A DNA stretch of 64,000 nt from Candidatus Woesebacteria bacterium (GCA_020060105.1 JAGVAV010000002.1:6186-70185); one strand, 5' to 3'. Numbered from the stretch's first letter, positions 46,148 to 55,695 are shown. Notes: a model not told the origin generated them from the sequence alone. Numbers and translations: made by a program.

Positions 46148-47170
46148 TCAACTCAGAAATTCAACTTTGGACCGACGTATCGCCTTTAACAACTCTTTTT
46201 CCAACTCATCCATACCCCTCCCAGTAACCGCAGAAATTGCTAGCGGTTTAACCTTATATCTGCTAAAAGAGTTAATAATACTTGCTATGCCAACATCATT
46301 TACTAAGTCTATCTTACTAACTAACACAATTTCTGGCTTTTTTAAAAGATCTTTGTTATACTCTCGAAGCTCCTTCTTAACTGTTAAGTAGTCACTAACT
46401 GGATCAGCGGACTCGGAAGACACTAAGTGAAGAAGAATTTTTGTTCTTTCAATATGACGTAAAAAACGATCACCTAAACCCTTACCTCGCGAAGCCCCAG
46501 CGATCAAACCGGGAATATCCGCAAAAGTCAACTCATTTCCTTTGAGGGTTCCTACTCCTAAGTTCGGTTCTAACGTGGTAAAAGGGTAACTCGCTATTTT
46601 CGGCTGGGCTTTTGTTAAACGCGAGAGTAAAGTTGACTTGCCGGCGTTAGGTAAACCAATCAGGCCTACATCTGCTAGTAGTTTTAATTCCAAGACTAAC
46701 AACTTCTTCTCACCCTCTTCCCCCTCTTCAAAACGTCGATACATTTCCCAATCAACAGAAGGCCCAGCTCTTCTTGGTTTAAGACGGGCATTTCCTCGAC
46801 CGCCTCTTCCTCCGCGAGCCGCTAAGATTTCCATATTCTTATTCAGAATATCTAGCACTAACTTGCGCTTATCGCCAACCTTCTCCCAAACTACCGTTCC
46901 AACAGGTACTTTCAAAATCAAATCATCTCCAGAGCGGCCAGTTTTGTTTGCCGTACCGCCTGGCAGACCATCATCAGCTTGAAAATCCTTTTTGAACCGA
47001 TAATCAAGTAAGGTACCCTGGTCTTCCGTTCCTTTAAGTATCACATTACCACCAGCCCCACCGTCCCCTCCCTCTGAAGGACCGTAAGGCTTCCCTTTTA
47101 TTTTCCTAAAAGCCACGGCTCCCCGACCACCTTTTCCACCCCGAACGTAAATTTCGACATAATCAATCAT
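46148..47170 (-). CDS. obg: GTPase Obg
   Basis: Glycine-rich Obg fold (GGKGGRG...GGDGGAGG) and a G-domain (GLPNAGKSTLL). Confidence 0.92.
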   Translation of the reverse strand: MIDYVEIYVRGGKGGRGAVAFRKIKGKPYGPSEGGDGGAGGNVILKGTEDQGTLLDYRFKKDFQADDGLPGGTANKTGRSGDDLILKVPVGTVVWEKVGDKRKLVLDILNKNMEILAARGGRGGRGNARLKPRRAGPSVDWEMYRRFEEGEEGEKKLLVLELKLLADVGLIGLPNAGKSTLLSRLTKAQPKIASYPFTTLEPNLGVGTLKGNELTFADIPGLIAGASRGKGLGDRFLRHIERTKILLHLVSSESADPVSDYLTVKKELREYNKDLLKKPEIVLVSKIDLVNDVGIASIINSFSRYKVKPLAISAVTGRGMDELEKELLKAIRRSKVEFLS

Positions 47171-47218
47171 TTAAGTAACCTTCTTTAAATAAATACAATT
47201 TTATTAATGATAACAACT

Positions 47219-48355
47219 TTAGGGAAGAACCGAAAGAGGGTTAACCGGAGCGCCGTTTTTCCTAACCTCAAAATGAAGATGCGGGCCAGTTGAACGTCCG
47301 GTAGATCCCATCGCGCCAACTGATTGTCCTTTGGACACATTCTGCCCCGCGTTAACGTATATTGCAGACAGGTGCGCATAAAGGGTTGTATAACCGTTTC
47401 CATGATCAACAATAACATGCCAACCGTACCCATACCAAAGCTTCTGCACACTAATTACCCGCCCGCTGTCTGCAGCCACGATAGCCGTCCCAGTATCGTT
47501 GGGAATATCAATGGCTCCCGGATGCCACCAAGACGCGTACTGACTAATCCCTTTGGATGTGGAAGTAGGCCAGCCAAAAATCCCGCTCCCACCTTTTGCT
47601 GGAGCAGATGGAACATTTCTAGAGGCATATTCAACAGGAACTGACTTTGGTTTTGGCGGGGCGGGAACCTCACCGTTGGGAATAACGACTTCCTGACCTA
47701 CTTTTAAGGAAAGGTCATCGCTAATATCATTAAAAGGAAAGTCTAAAACCGTTTGAGCATCAGCTGAATACTTTTTCGCAATCGAATCCAAAGTCTCACC
47801 AGACTTCACTTTATGGACCACACCCGTAACCGGGGGAATTTTTAGCTTATCGCCTGGAGAAATACTATCCACATCGCTTAAATCGTTTGCCCAATTAATA
47901 GTATCTATCGAAACGCTAAATTTTTCAGCAATCGCGCTTAAAGTATCTCCTGCCGCCACTTCGTATTCAATAATTTCTGCCCTTGGGCGATTAGTGGGAA
48001 TTTTTGTTTCAGAAGTTATCGAAGCGAAAAGAATATTACCAGAGTCAGCAACTAGATTCTCAGCAGTTACCTGTGAACGCCCAAAAACACTTCCGGTAAT
48101 AATGGCGAACAAAGATAAAATCACCACACCCCCGTGAGTAACTGGTCGATAAAGTTTACCTCTTCGCCACATTAATTTTTTTACCAACCAATCTTTCCCT
48201 TTTTCCAGCAAAAAAACTCCCCGAATCAACTTATTCCGAGAGTAAAAAAGTAAGCCAATATTTAAACTAACAAAGTCAATGATTAAATCTTTTAAATTAT
48301 TGAACCAAGAAGATTTATGATGTTCGCCAGCATCAAGAGGCGATACAGCGTCCAT
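47219..48355 (-). CDS. M23 peptidoglycan endopeptidase with two LysM domains
   Basis: Two LysM repeats (YEVAAGDTLSAIA, HKVKSGETLDSIA) and the M23 catalytic HxxxD...HLH motifs. Confidence 0.88.
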   Translation of the reverse strand: MDAVSPLDAGEHHKSSWFNNLKDLIIDFVSLNIGLLFYSRNKLIRGVFLLEKGKDWLVKKLMWRRGKLYRPVTHGGVVILSLFAIITGSVFGRSQVTAENLVADSGNILFASITSETKIPTNRPRAEIIEYEVAAGDTLSAIAEKFSVSIDTINWANDLSDVDSISPGDKLKIPPVTGVVHKVKSGETLDSIAKKYSADAQTVLDFPFNDISDDLSLKVGQEVVIPNGEVPAPPKPKSVPVEYASRNVPSAPAKGGSGIFGWPTSTSKGISQYASWWHPGAIDIPNDTGTAIVAADSGRVISVQKLWYGYGWHVIVDHGNGYTTLYAHLSAIYVNAGQNVSKGQSVGAMGSTGRSTGPHLHFEVRKNGAPVNPLSVLP

Positions 48356-48425
48356 TAGCCCTCCAAGTTTATCTCTCTTGTTGGCAATTCCTTAACTTAT
48401 TATAACATACGTAAACTAGGCGAGT

Positions 48426-49691
48426 TTAGGAGATTTCTTTGTGTAGAGTTTCGAGGAATTCCTTATTATTGCTCGTTCTTGATAAGCGATCAATTAATAA
48501 TTCTGTTCTTTCTAGTTCGTTTAGCGCTTCCAGCATCCGACGTAAGCGCCAGATTCGTTTAAGCTCGTCCTCATTAAATAGCAACTCTTCATTTCGAGTG
48601 CTTGATCTGCTGATATCGATAGAAGGAAATATCCGTCTCTCCGCAAGCGATCGGTCAAGGTGGAGCTCCATATTACCAGTCCCCTTAAACTCTTCGTAAA
48701 CCAAGTCATCCATTCTCGATCCGGTATCAACAAGAGCCGTTGCCAAAATAGTTAAAGAACCCCCTTCTTCAAAATTACGGGCGGCCCCAAAAAACCGCTT
48801 TGGAGGGTAAAGAGCTACCGGATCAAAACCCCCACTTAAAGTTCTTCCTGATGGGGGTAAGGATAAGTTATATGCTCTAGCCAAACGGGTAATAGAGTCA
48901 AGTAAAATAACCACGTCCCGCCCGGTTTCCACCAGCCTTTTCGCCCTTTCTAGGCCAACCTCCGCCACTCTAGTTTGACTTTCCGCCGGTTCATCAAAAT
49001 TAGAAGCTAGCACTTCTCCTTTAACATTCCTAGAGATATCCGTCACCTCTTCCGGACGTTCCCCAATCAGTATAGCCATTAAATGAACTTCTGGGTAATT
49101 ACTACTAATCCCACTGGCAATTTCTTTTAGTATCGTTGTTTTGCCTGCCTTAGGAGGAGAAACAATCATCCCCCGTTGCCCTAAACCCACGGGAGAAATA
49201 AGATCAATTATTCTGGTTGAAATGGGATTTTTAACAGTCTCTAATCTTAACTGTTTATTCGGGTAAACAGCAGTCAAATATTCAAATCTCGGCCTTTTCA
49301 TAGCCTTTTCGGGATCTAAACCATTCACCGCCTCAACCTTTAGCATGCCGTAATACCGCTCAGTCTCCTTAGGCGGACGAACTTGACCCGAAACCTGATC
49401 TCCCGGCCGAATGTCAAAACGCTTAATTTGGGATTGAGAAATATAGATATCGTTTGGACCTGGTGTAACCCCGCCAGCTCGCAGAAAACCGTAACCTTCC
49501 GCCATTACCTCTAAAACACCCGAACCTCGAGTAGCGGAAGTGTTTGTAGTCAACCCCCCTTCTAAGGAAGAGTTTTCCGACACGTTCATTGAACTTTTAG
49601 ATTCCTCTGCGGTGGAAGTTGGAACTGGCCTACTCTCCGGGGAACTACTTTCAGATTTTGTATTTTTTACCATAGATTTCCTAAGAAACAA
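48426..49691 (-). CDS. rho: Transcription termination factor Rho, with an N-terminal low-complexity extension of about 60 aa
   Basis: OB-fold RNA-binding domain and a RecA-like ATPase domain ([10 protein letters not shown]). Confidence 0.92.
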   Translation of the reverse strand: MFLRKSMVKNTKSESSSPESRPVPTSTAEESKSSMNVSENSSLEGGLTTNTSATRGSGVLEVMAEGYGFLRAGGVTPGPNDIYISQSQIKRFDIRPGDQVSGQVRPPKETERYYGMLKVEAVNGLDPEKAMKRPRFEYLTAVYPNKQLRLETVKNPISTRIIDLISPVGLGQRGMIVSPPKAGKTTILKEIASGISSNYPEVHLMAILIGERPEEVTDISRNVKGEVLASNFDEPAESQTRVAEVGLERAKRLVETGRDVVILLDSITRLARAYNLSLPPSGRTLSGGFDPVALYPPKRFFGAARNFEEGGSLTILATALVDTGSRMDDLVYEEFKGTGNMELHLDRSLAERRIFPSIDISRSSTRNEELLFNEDELKRIWRLRRMLEALNELERTELLIDRLSRTSNNKEFLETLHKEIS

Positions 49692-49758
49692 ACTAATAGG
49701 GAAAAAGAAAGGATGGAACCTTTTATATTAGAACATAAAAGCCATAACCTTGTCAAGA

Positions 49759-49825
49759 GATAATTGTCTCAAGACAGGGATTTTGAAAATCCCTGTCTTG
49801 AGACCCGATTCGCCTCAAGTGAATC
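49759..49825 (-). terminator. Tandem hairpins between the DUF11 surface-protein gene and the rho promoter: a 39-bp perfect palindrome plus an 8-bp-stem hairpin
   Basis: GTCTCAAGACAGGGATTTT-GAAA-ATCCCTGTCTTGAGAC, and CCCGATTC...GAATCGGG. They sit immediately upstream of a TTGACA -35 element for rho. Confidence 0.5.
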
Positions 49826-49838
49826 GGGTTACTCAAGC

Positions 49839-50984
49839 TTAGCCGAGAAACCTTCTTAAAGCCCAACCAAGGGGCGCTAAACCTGTTAATAAAAGCGTTG
49901 GAATACTTTCCGGACCGGCTTTTGGCAATTCTTTCACGACAACTTTTTCTACTTCCACTGGTTTTACGACAACTTTCTCTACAGGTTTTTCGACGACTTT
50001 CTCGACTACTTTTTCCACAGGCTTCTCAATTACTTTTTCGACTACTTTCACCCCCTGCGGCACTACGGCAACTACCTGAACTGCACTAATCTTCCACTCA
50101 GGGTGTTCGTCAGCCTTCATCCAAGCAACATTTTCTAGTATCTCACCATTCTTAACGTCGTCTTTAATCCTAACCCTAAACCTAATAACCCAATCTTTAT
50201 CCTGAAGAAGGTTCCCTAGATTCACCCCGTCTCTAAGCCAATCATCGGTAATGTTAATTGTTTCACCGTCACGAGTAGCCGTTGTCGAGCCGGAAATATA
50301 ATCTACTCTAAGAGGCTCACTACTATTTGAACGATCAAGATTTGGAAGGTAGTTGGCAACGTAGACGTGGTTTAAAGGAACATTACTCATGTTGCTAATC
50401 TTGATCGTATATTCCAACTCCTCTCCAGGTCTAACCGAACTCCTGTCGGCATAGGTAAATAGAGCCACAACTACTTTAGGAACTCTTACTTTAGTCGCCG
50501 CTACAGAACGCTCCCAATTAGGTAATTCATCAGTCTTCGCGTTTATAATCACCTGAACAAACTCCCCATCGGTCATATCGTTGTTCACTGTCGCCTCAAA
50601 AGTAATCGTTAAGGTCATCCCCGCAGCAAAAATTCCAAAGTTGTTTTCTTCACCCACCCAAGCTTCTGGTAAGGAATGAGTTACGTTATCAGTACTTCGA
50701 ACATATTGCCCCGAACCAGCAACATAAGTCGCACCTACCCACTGAGGAGAAACCTTCAAACTATTCATGGCAACTCCTCCCGTATTAGTAATTCTTGCGG
50801 TGTAGGTCAGTGTCTCACCCAAGTTGGCCCAACCTTTGTCAACCGTGTTTTCAACTGTAAAGGCAGGAGATGATTCAGCTTCAGTCAGGGACGAGGAAAC
50901 AAGGTTACTTCCGATAAACAGACTGCTAAAAGCCAAAACTACACTTAGAGATTTTGCAATTAATTTGTTAATCTTTTCTAACAT
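49839..50984 (-). CDS. Secreted cell-surface protein with DUF11-like repeat domains, a (VEKx)n stalk, and a C-terminal sorting signal (LPKAG, hydrophobic segment, RRFLG)
   Basis: Signal peptide, repeated ...TYT.RITNTGG... modules, and a tripartite C-terminal signal typical of sortase or exosortase substrates. Confidence 0.6.
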   Translation of the reverse strand: MLEKINKLIAKSLSVVLAFSSLFIGSNLVSSSLTEAESSPAFTVENTVDKGWANLGETLTYTARITNTGGVAMNSLKVSPQWVGATYVAGSGQYVRSTDNVTHSLPEAWVGEENNFGIFAAGMTLTITFEATVNNDMTDGEFVQVIINAKTDELPNWERSVAATKVRVPKVVVALFTYADRSSVRPGEELEYTIKISNMSNVPLNHVYVANYLPNLDRSNSSEPLRVDYISGSTTATRDGETINITDDWLRDGVNLGNLLQDKDWVIRFRVRIKDDVKNGEILENVAWMKADEHPEWKISAVQVVAVVPQGVKVVEKVIEKPVEKVVEKVVEKPVEKVVVKPVEVEKVVVKELPKAGPESIPTLLLTGLAPLGWALRRFLG

Positions 50985-51117
50985 TTTTCACCTCCTTTCA
51001 GGCTCAGTTTAATAAAACACTGGTCGCTTTAGAGTCAAGCAAAATGGTTAAATAAACAAATTATGCAATAAGTTATTTACTTAACTATTTTAGTAACAAG
51101 TTGACAAGAAAGGAGGG

Positions 51118-51143
51118 AGAATGCTTACATTCAGCAAGCATTC
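51118..51143 (-). terminator. Hairpin terminator downstream of the Pro-rich protein gene
   Basis: GAATGCTT...AAGCATTC stem, followed on the minus strand by a U/C-rich tract. Confidence 0.4.
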
Positions 51144-51173
51144 CCCTCTATTGACATCTCTCCTGTAACTTTA

Positions 51174-52745
51174 CTAAGGCAGAGGTGTGTTAGTTGGCCC
51201 GGGCACCGCTGTAGGCGGTGGTGGTGGCGGTACTCCAGGTGTAGGCGGAGGAACCGTCGGTTGGGCTGTTGCTACCTCTGTCGGCGACGGATTAGGAACC
51301 ACAGGCGTTTTCACCACCTTCGTCGGAGTGCGATTATCGCCTGGATTTCTCGGCGTTGGCGACGGTGGTGCAGTAGGGGTGTTTGTTGGCGCCGCCGGTA
51401 TTGGAGTGTGTGTTGGCGTCGGCACTCCCGGAGGCACCGGCGTCGGTGTAGCCGTTGGCCCCACTGGAGGCACCGGTGTCGGTGTTGGCCCCACTGGCGG
51501 CACCGGCGTGGAAGTTGGCGCGGCCGGAGGCGGCGGGGGCGGAGGTGGAGCAGTAGTTACATTGAAAAACTCCAACTGCTCGACCAATCCGGGTTTTAGG
51601 ACCGCCAGTTGGCGGGTTCCTTTAAGAACCGCCCGAAATCGCCCGGCGCCTAATTGGTTAACATCCTCGCTAACTTCGACCACAACCGAGGAACGGCCCT
51701 CGGCAAACCACTCCCGAGGAGCTTCAAAGATTACTTCCCCAGCGTCGCCCGTGACAACGAAGCGATCAAACCCAAGATCGGGGTCCACCGTCCTGATCCT
51801 AAATTGCCAACCGCTTCGTTGGACAAATTTTTGAACTCCATCCGGCGTTTCGTCAATGAACTTAGTCACTTTCAGAAACGCTTTCTCGACGGGGATGAGT
51901 AGGTTAACGCAATTCCCGTCCAGAAAAAACACTTGTCCGTTCTTGAGAGTCACCTTTACGCCGGACACCCCAATGAACGGTCTGCTTCCCGAAGCAACAC
52001 TTCCGTCACTTCGAACGAAGTTTGTCTGGAAGGAACCGCTAAGGGAAACGTCATCAACCTGAAGGATGTCCGTCGGGCTGACGAGGATCCCTTGACGACC
52101 TAAGCCACTCGCCACGGCCAAACTTCGATTGGCATAAGTCCGACTGTCGACCCCACCCTGGACGATGTCATCACCCCTCCTCTGAGGAGGCGGAGCCTCC
52201 AACGCCGCTAACTTTTGGTCAATGACGTAAGGTTCGCCTAAGACGAACCGGGTCCCCGGAGAATAGTCGGGATGGTAACCCTTGGCTGTAAACTCCACAA
52301 AACCCATCCCCGGGGGAACCTCAATCTCGTAGCGACCCCCAAGGATAGTTGTGGTGTACTGTTTCGGCGGTTGGACTGTCCCAACCGGGGCAATCCGGAC
52401 AGTTACTTCCCCATAAGGAATCCGGATTCCCTCCTCATCCACCACCTCCCCCCGAATCCTCACCTTGTCAGGGATTTTAGTTGGGGTCAGGGTCGGGGTC
52501 GGGGTAGTGGTACTCGTTGCGGTGAGGGTAGGAGTTGGAGGAACAACCGCTGTCGCGGTTGCCTCCGCCGGTCCCGTTCTCGTAAAGGGGTTGGCCCAAA
52601 ACCACCCCGCTAAAAAAAGGACGATCACTGCGACGGACAATAAGATGTTTCGACCACCTCGCCAGGTTCGCACGGCTCTCTCCTTTCTCTTTAAACTGTT
52701 AGGTACTTTCTCTCCCCTTTCCGAGGAAACCTTGTATCGGAACAA
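51174..52745 (-). CDS. Hypothetical membrane-anchored secreted protein with Pro/Thr-rich linkers and a carboxypeptidase-regulatory-like beta-sandwich. Markedly GC-rich.
   Basis: TTG start and an N-terminal TM. PTPTPVPPVG repeats. GC content is well above the roughly 40% background across the whole ORF. Confidence 0.6.
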   Translation of the reverse strand: MFRYKVSSERGEKVPNSLKRKERAVRTWRGGRNILLSVAVIVLFLAGWFWANPFTRTGPAEATATAVVPPTPTLTATSTTTPTPTLTPTKIPDKVRIRGEVVDEEGIRIPYGEVTVRIAPVGTVQPPKQYTTTILGGRYEIEVPPGMGFVEFTAKGYHPDYSPGTRFVLGEPYVIDQKLAALEAPPPQRRGDDIVQGGVDSRTYANRSLAVASGLGRQGILVSPTDILQVDDVSLSGSFQTNFVRSDGSVASGSRPFIGVSGVKVTLKNGQVFFLDGNCVNLLIPVEKAFLKVTKFIDETPDGVQKFVQRSGWQFRIRTVDPDLGFDRFVVTGDAGEVIFEAPREWFAEGRSSVVVEVSEDVNQLGAGRFRAVLKGTRQLAVLKPGLVEQLEFFNVTTAPPPPPPPPAAPTSTPVPPVGPTPTPVPPVGPTATPTPVPPGVPTPTHTPIPAAPTNTPTAPPSPTPRNPGDNRTPTKVVKTPVVPNPSPTEVATAQPTVPPPTPGVPPPPPPTAVPGPTNTPLP

Positions 52746-52825
52746 ACTTTAACCCAAGTCAGACTCAAACTGCCTTAGGTTGAAGTTTTTTCTTCTACAC
52801 CTTCATCCATGAATACCGACTAATT

Positions 52826-52859
52826 ACAAAAACAAAAAAAGGCGGTTCATACCCGCCTT
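52826..52859 (-). terminator. Strong rho-independent terminator on the minus strand
   Basis: AAGGCGG-GTATGAA-CCGCCTT followed by UUUUUUUGUUUUUG in minus-strand orientation. Confidence 0.75.
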
Positions 52860-53007
52860 CTTATTTAGATCGAAACGTGCCAGTTCGAAAGTGATTTAAA
52901 CATCTATTTCTTAGCACCCAGTAAGAGTGTTACCCCAAACCAGATGCTAGGAAATAGACACTTTGCTTCCCTTTCTAGCACGAACTGTAAGCAATATATC
53001 ATACTTT

Positions 53008-53170
53008 TGTTATAATGTCAACTAGATGTAATGTTATACTAATACATCCGTCTTGATTTTTTATTAGTTTTCTGCTTATATAAACACAATAGGTACACCT
53101 GCTGTCCAGATGTACTTACAGCACCGCCATCGGCGTCCTTCTTCACTGGCCATGGTGGTGCTTCTTTTTA
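53008..53170 (+). ncRNA. Candidate small plus-strand transcript of about 150 nt (extended -10 promoter to intrinsic terminator). It may encode a 20-aa hydrophobic-tailed peptide.
   Basis: TGTTATAAT at 53008..53016. Terminator GCACCGCCAT...ATGGTGGTGC followed by TTCTTTTTA at 53121..53170. Small ORF MYLQHRHRRPSSLAMVVLLFI. Confidence 0.3.
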
Positions 53171-53385
53171 TCTAAATCCATTTATCCCAAGCGTCAACTA
53201 AATTTCGACTATCTTAGCATAAGGTCAATCGTTTGTCAAGTTTGTAAATCCTATAGCCATTGTCGACCCAAAAAATGTAGAAACCTATAATTATTTTAGC
53301 TTCAATTTTCGCCCTTTTATTAATTGTGGATAACTTGGGGAAATGTTTAACGGGAATAAAAACTTTCTTACAAGATGGGAAAAAA

Positions 53386-54276
53386 CTACCTAATTTGGAC
53401 AAAAATCATTCGTCCAGCAACTGTTTGCAGAACACGAGAGACTACTGTTTCGACCGTTTGACCAACGTACTTTGAACCGTTTTCCACGACAATCATCGTC
53501 CCGTCTGGCAAATAACCTACCCCCTGATCTTTTTCCTTACCCTCTTGAATAACCTTAACCGTCATCGTCTCCCCGGGTAAAACAACTGTCTTGACGGCAT
53601 TAGCCAGTTCGTTAACATTCAAGATTTTTACCCCGGAAATGGTCGCCACTTTATTTAGGTTGTAGTCTGTCGTAATAATCTTACCCTTTAAGCTTTTCGC
53701 AAGCCTTAAAAGTTTATCATCCGTGTCCTTAGTTTTTTGAATATCTTGATTAATGATCTCCACCTTTACGTTTTCTGACTTCTTCAAGACCTCCAGAACC
53801 TCAAAACCTCTTCGCCCCCGACCTCTTTTTAACTCGTCGCTCGAGTCAGCAATGTGCTGAAGTTCTGATAGAACAAACCGCGGGACAATTAAGGTCCCAC
53901 CTAGAAAACCCGTTGAGACAATGTCTGAAAGGCGACCATCGATAATTGCGCTGGTATCTAAAATCATAGGGTTATGGTACTTTCCGTTATTTCTTTTCGG
54001 AAGCATGACTCTTTTTCCTACATTAGGCAGATGAACCTGAGTAATCACTTCCGTGGCAACCTTCTTCGCTAGGTTTGTAGACCAATTCGCCACAGCCATT
54101 GAAACAATAGGAACCAAAAATACCCCAGCCACGCCAAAGATAATCGTCAACAAAATGTAAACCACGTAAGGCGTATCGAAAAGGTTTACTTGCGGAAGAA
54201 CTTGAGTTGAAAGTAAGTAACCTAAAAAGGCAAAAACCACACCCAAAACAGTTCGAACAACAACTTGAACAAGCAT
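53386..54276 (-). CDS. Membrane-anchored PIN/TRAM-domain protein (YacL-like)
   Basis: Two N-terminal TMs, a PIN domain (ILDTSAIIDGR), and a C-terminal TRAM domain. It follows radA, as in the Firmicute clpC-radA-(disA)-yacL arrangement. Confidence 0.8.
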   Translation of the reverse strand: MLVQVVVRTVLGVVFAFLGYLLSTQVLPQVNLFDTPYVVYILLTIIFGVAGVFLVPIVSMAVANWSTNLAKKVATEVITQVHLPNVGKRVMLPKRNNGKYHNPMILDTSAIIDGRLSDIVSTGFLGGTLIVPRFVLSELQHIADSSDELKRGRGRRGFEVLEVLKKSENVKVEIINQDIQKTKDTDDKLLRLAKSLKGKIITTDYNLNKVATISGVKILNVNELANAVKTVVLPGETMTVKVIQEGKEKDQGVGYLPDGTMIVVENGSKYVGQTVETVVSRVLQTVAGRMIFVQIR

Positions 54277-54345
54277 ATTGATAAGTCCTTCTAATATCCG
54301 CTAATTTCATTAAGCGGAATAAATCCAGTCTAAGATAAATCCGAT

Positions 54346-55689
54346 TTACTCACAAGCAATTTTAACGGCCTCGCTAATGGTTTTTACCTTATCGGGAGTA
54401 ATAAATCTTGTAAAGCCCAGCTTTTTCGACTCAGCAACTCGCTTTTCCATGTTTGCTACTCTTCTTATCTCCCCCAGCAAACCCACTTCCCCAATGGCTA
54501 CAGTTTTTGAGTCGATAACCTTTCCTAAAAAACTTGAGGCTATTGCCAGGCAAACCGCTAAATCTGCTGCAGGTTCAAATATTTTTAATCCCCCTGCTAC
54601 ATTAACAAATATGTCTTGGCTCTGCAAGTTCAGATTTGCTCGACGAGTTAAAACAGCAACAAGCAGTTGTAAACGATTATGATCTATTCCGGACCCTGTT
54701 CTTCGAGGCAAACCGAAATTAACTAAACTAGTTAAGGCTTGTATTTCCGTTAAAACGGATCTCGTCCCCTCCATGGTTGGGACGACCACAGAACCCGCGC
54801 CAACTTGACGCTCTTCTAGAAACAAGGCTGAAGGGTTATCCACCTCAAACAACCCTTTATCTGTCATTTCGAAAACACCGATTTCCGCGGTAGGGCCAAA
54901 CCTATTTTTTATCGACCTTAGTATCCGAAAAGAATGATATCTTTCTCCTTCCAAATACAGTACCGCATCAACCAAGTGCTCTAATACTTTTGGTCCAGCA
55001 ACCGATCCTTCCTTAGTCACGTGTCCAATTATAAAGATAGGCACTTGACAATCCTTTGCCAAACGATGCAGTCGACTAGAAGACTCTCTTACTTGCCCAA
55101 CACTCCCTGCCGCCCCTTCTAAGTCCGAAGTGATCATTGTTTGTATAGAATCCACCACCACAAGGTTATACTTTCCTCTTCTTACTAACTCGACAACTAA
55201 ATCAACGTTTGTCTCGGGAAGGATAAACACCCCTTCTAATGAATTTTTGACTCTTTCCGCCCTTACTTTCACTTGTTCGGCAGACTCTTCCCCCGACACG
55301 TAGAGCCCACCTATCTTGGCTACTGCCTGTAAAAGCAGAGTTGACTTGCCAATCCCAGGATCTCCCGCCACTAAAACTATTGATCCTGGAACAATCCCGA
55401 AACGGGAAGTCTCACCACCTAAAACACGATCAAACTCAGCCAAACCAGTTGAAATCCTCTCAATCGATATCTTTTTTACCTCACTTAGAAGTATCGGGGT
55501 GGAGTCAGACTTCCTTAATTCTTTATTACCCAAACTGTTAGGTAAACCCACCGTTTCAACCAAACTGCTCCAACTTTGGCAGTCTGGACATTTCCCCATC
55601 CAATTGGGTGATTGATAAGAACATTGCTGACAAATGTAGACAGATCTAGTTTTACCCATCTTTAGAAAATAACCTTTAGGTGAAATCAA
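54346..55689 (-). CDS. radA: DNA repair protein RadA/Sms
   Basis: N-terminal C4 zinc finger, RecA-like Walker A (GDPGIGKSTLL), KNRFG motif, and a Lon-like C-terminus. Confidence 0.93.
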   Translation of the reverse strand: MISPKGYFLKMGKTRSVYICQQCSYQSPNWMGKCPDCQSWSSLVETVGLPNSLGNKELRKSDSTPILLSEVKKISIERISTGLAEFDRVLGGETSRFGIVPGSIVLVAGDPGIGKSTLLLQAVAKIGGLYVSGEESAEQVKVRAERVKNSLEGVFILPETNVDLVVELVRRGKYNLVVVDSIQTMITSDLEGAAGSVGQVRESSSRLHRLAKDCQVPIFIIGHVTKEGSVAGPKVLEHLVDAVLYLEGERYHSFRILRSIKNRFGPTAEIGVFEMTDKGLFEVDNPSALFLEERQVGAGSVVVPTMEGTRSVLTEIQALTSLVNFGLPRRTGSGIDHNRLQLLVAVLTRRANLNLQSQDIFVNVAGGLKIFEPAADLAVCLAIASSFLGKVIDSKTVAIGEVGLLGEIRRVANMEKRVAESKKLGFTRFITPDKVKTISEAVKIACE

Positions 55690-55695
55690 GCGCGT

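Noticed and set aside
49940-50060. Short-period direct repeats (about 15 nt) at 49940-50060 and about 33-nt repeats at 51400-51520, considered as a possible CRISPR array
   Set aside because: They are in frame within protein-coding genes ((VEKx)n stalk and PTPTPVPPVG repeats). They have no unique spacers, no leader and no cas genes, so they are coding tandem repeats, not CRISPR.
51187-51834. Gly-rich 215-aa ORF and Arg-rich 112-aa ORF antisense to the Pro-rich protein gene
   Set aside because: These are mirror-image artefacts of the GC-rich proline codons (CCN read as NGG) on the opposite strand. They have no start context and low-complexity composition.
53214-53402. 62-aa minus-strand ORF downstream of the PIN/TRAM gene
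   Set aside because: It starts with TTG and has no Shine-Dalgarno. It overlaps the PIN/TRAM 3' end and has low-complexity composition. It is more likely 3' UTR or part of the candidate sRNA locus.
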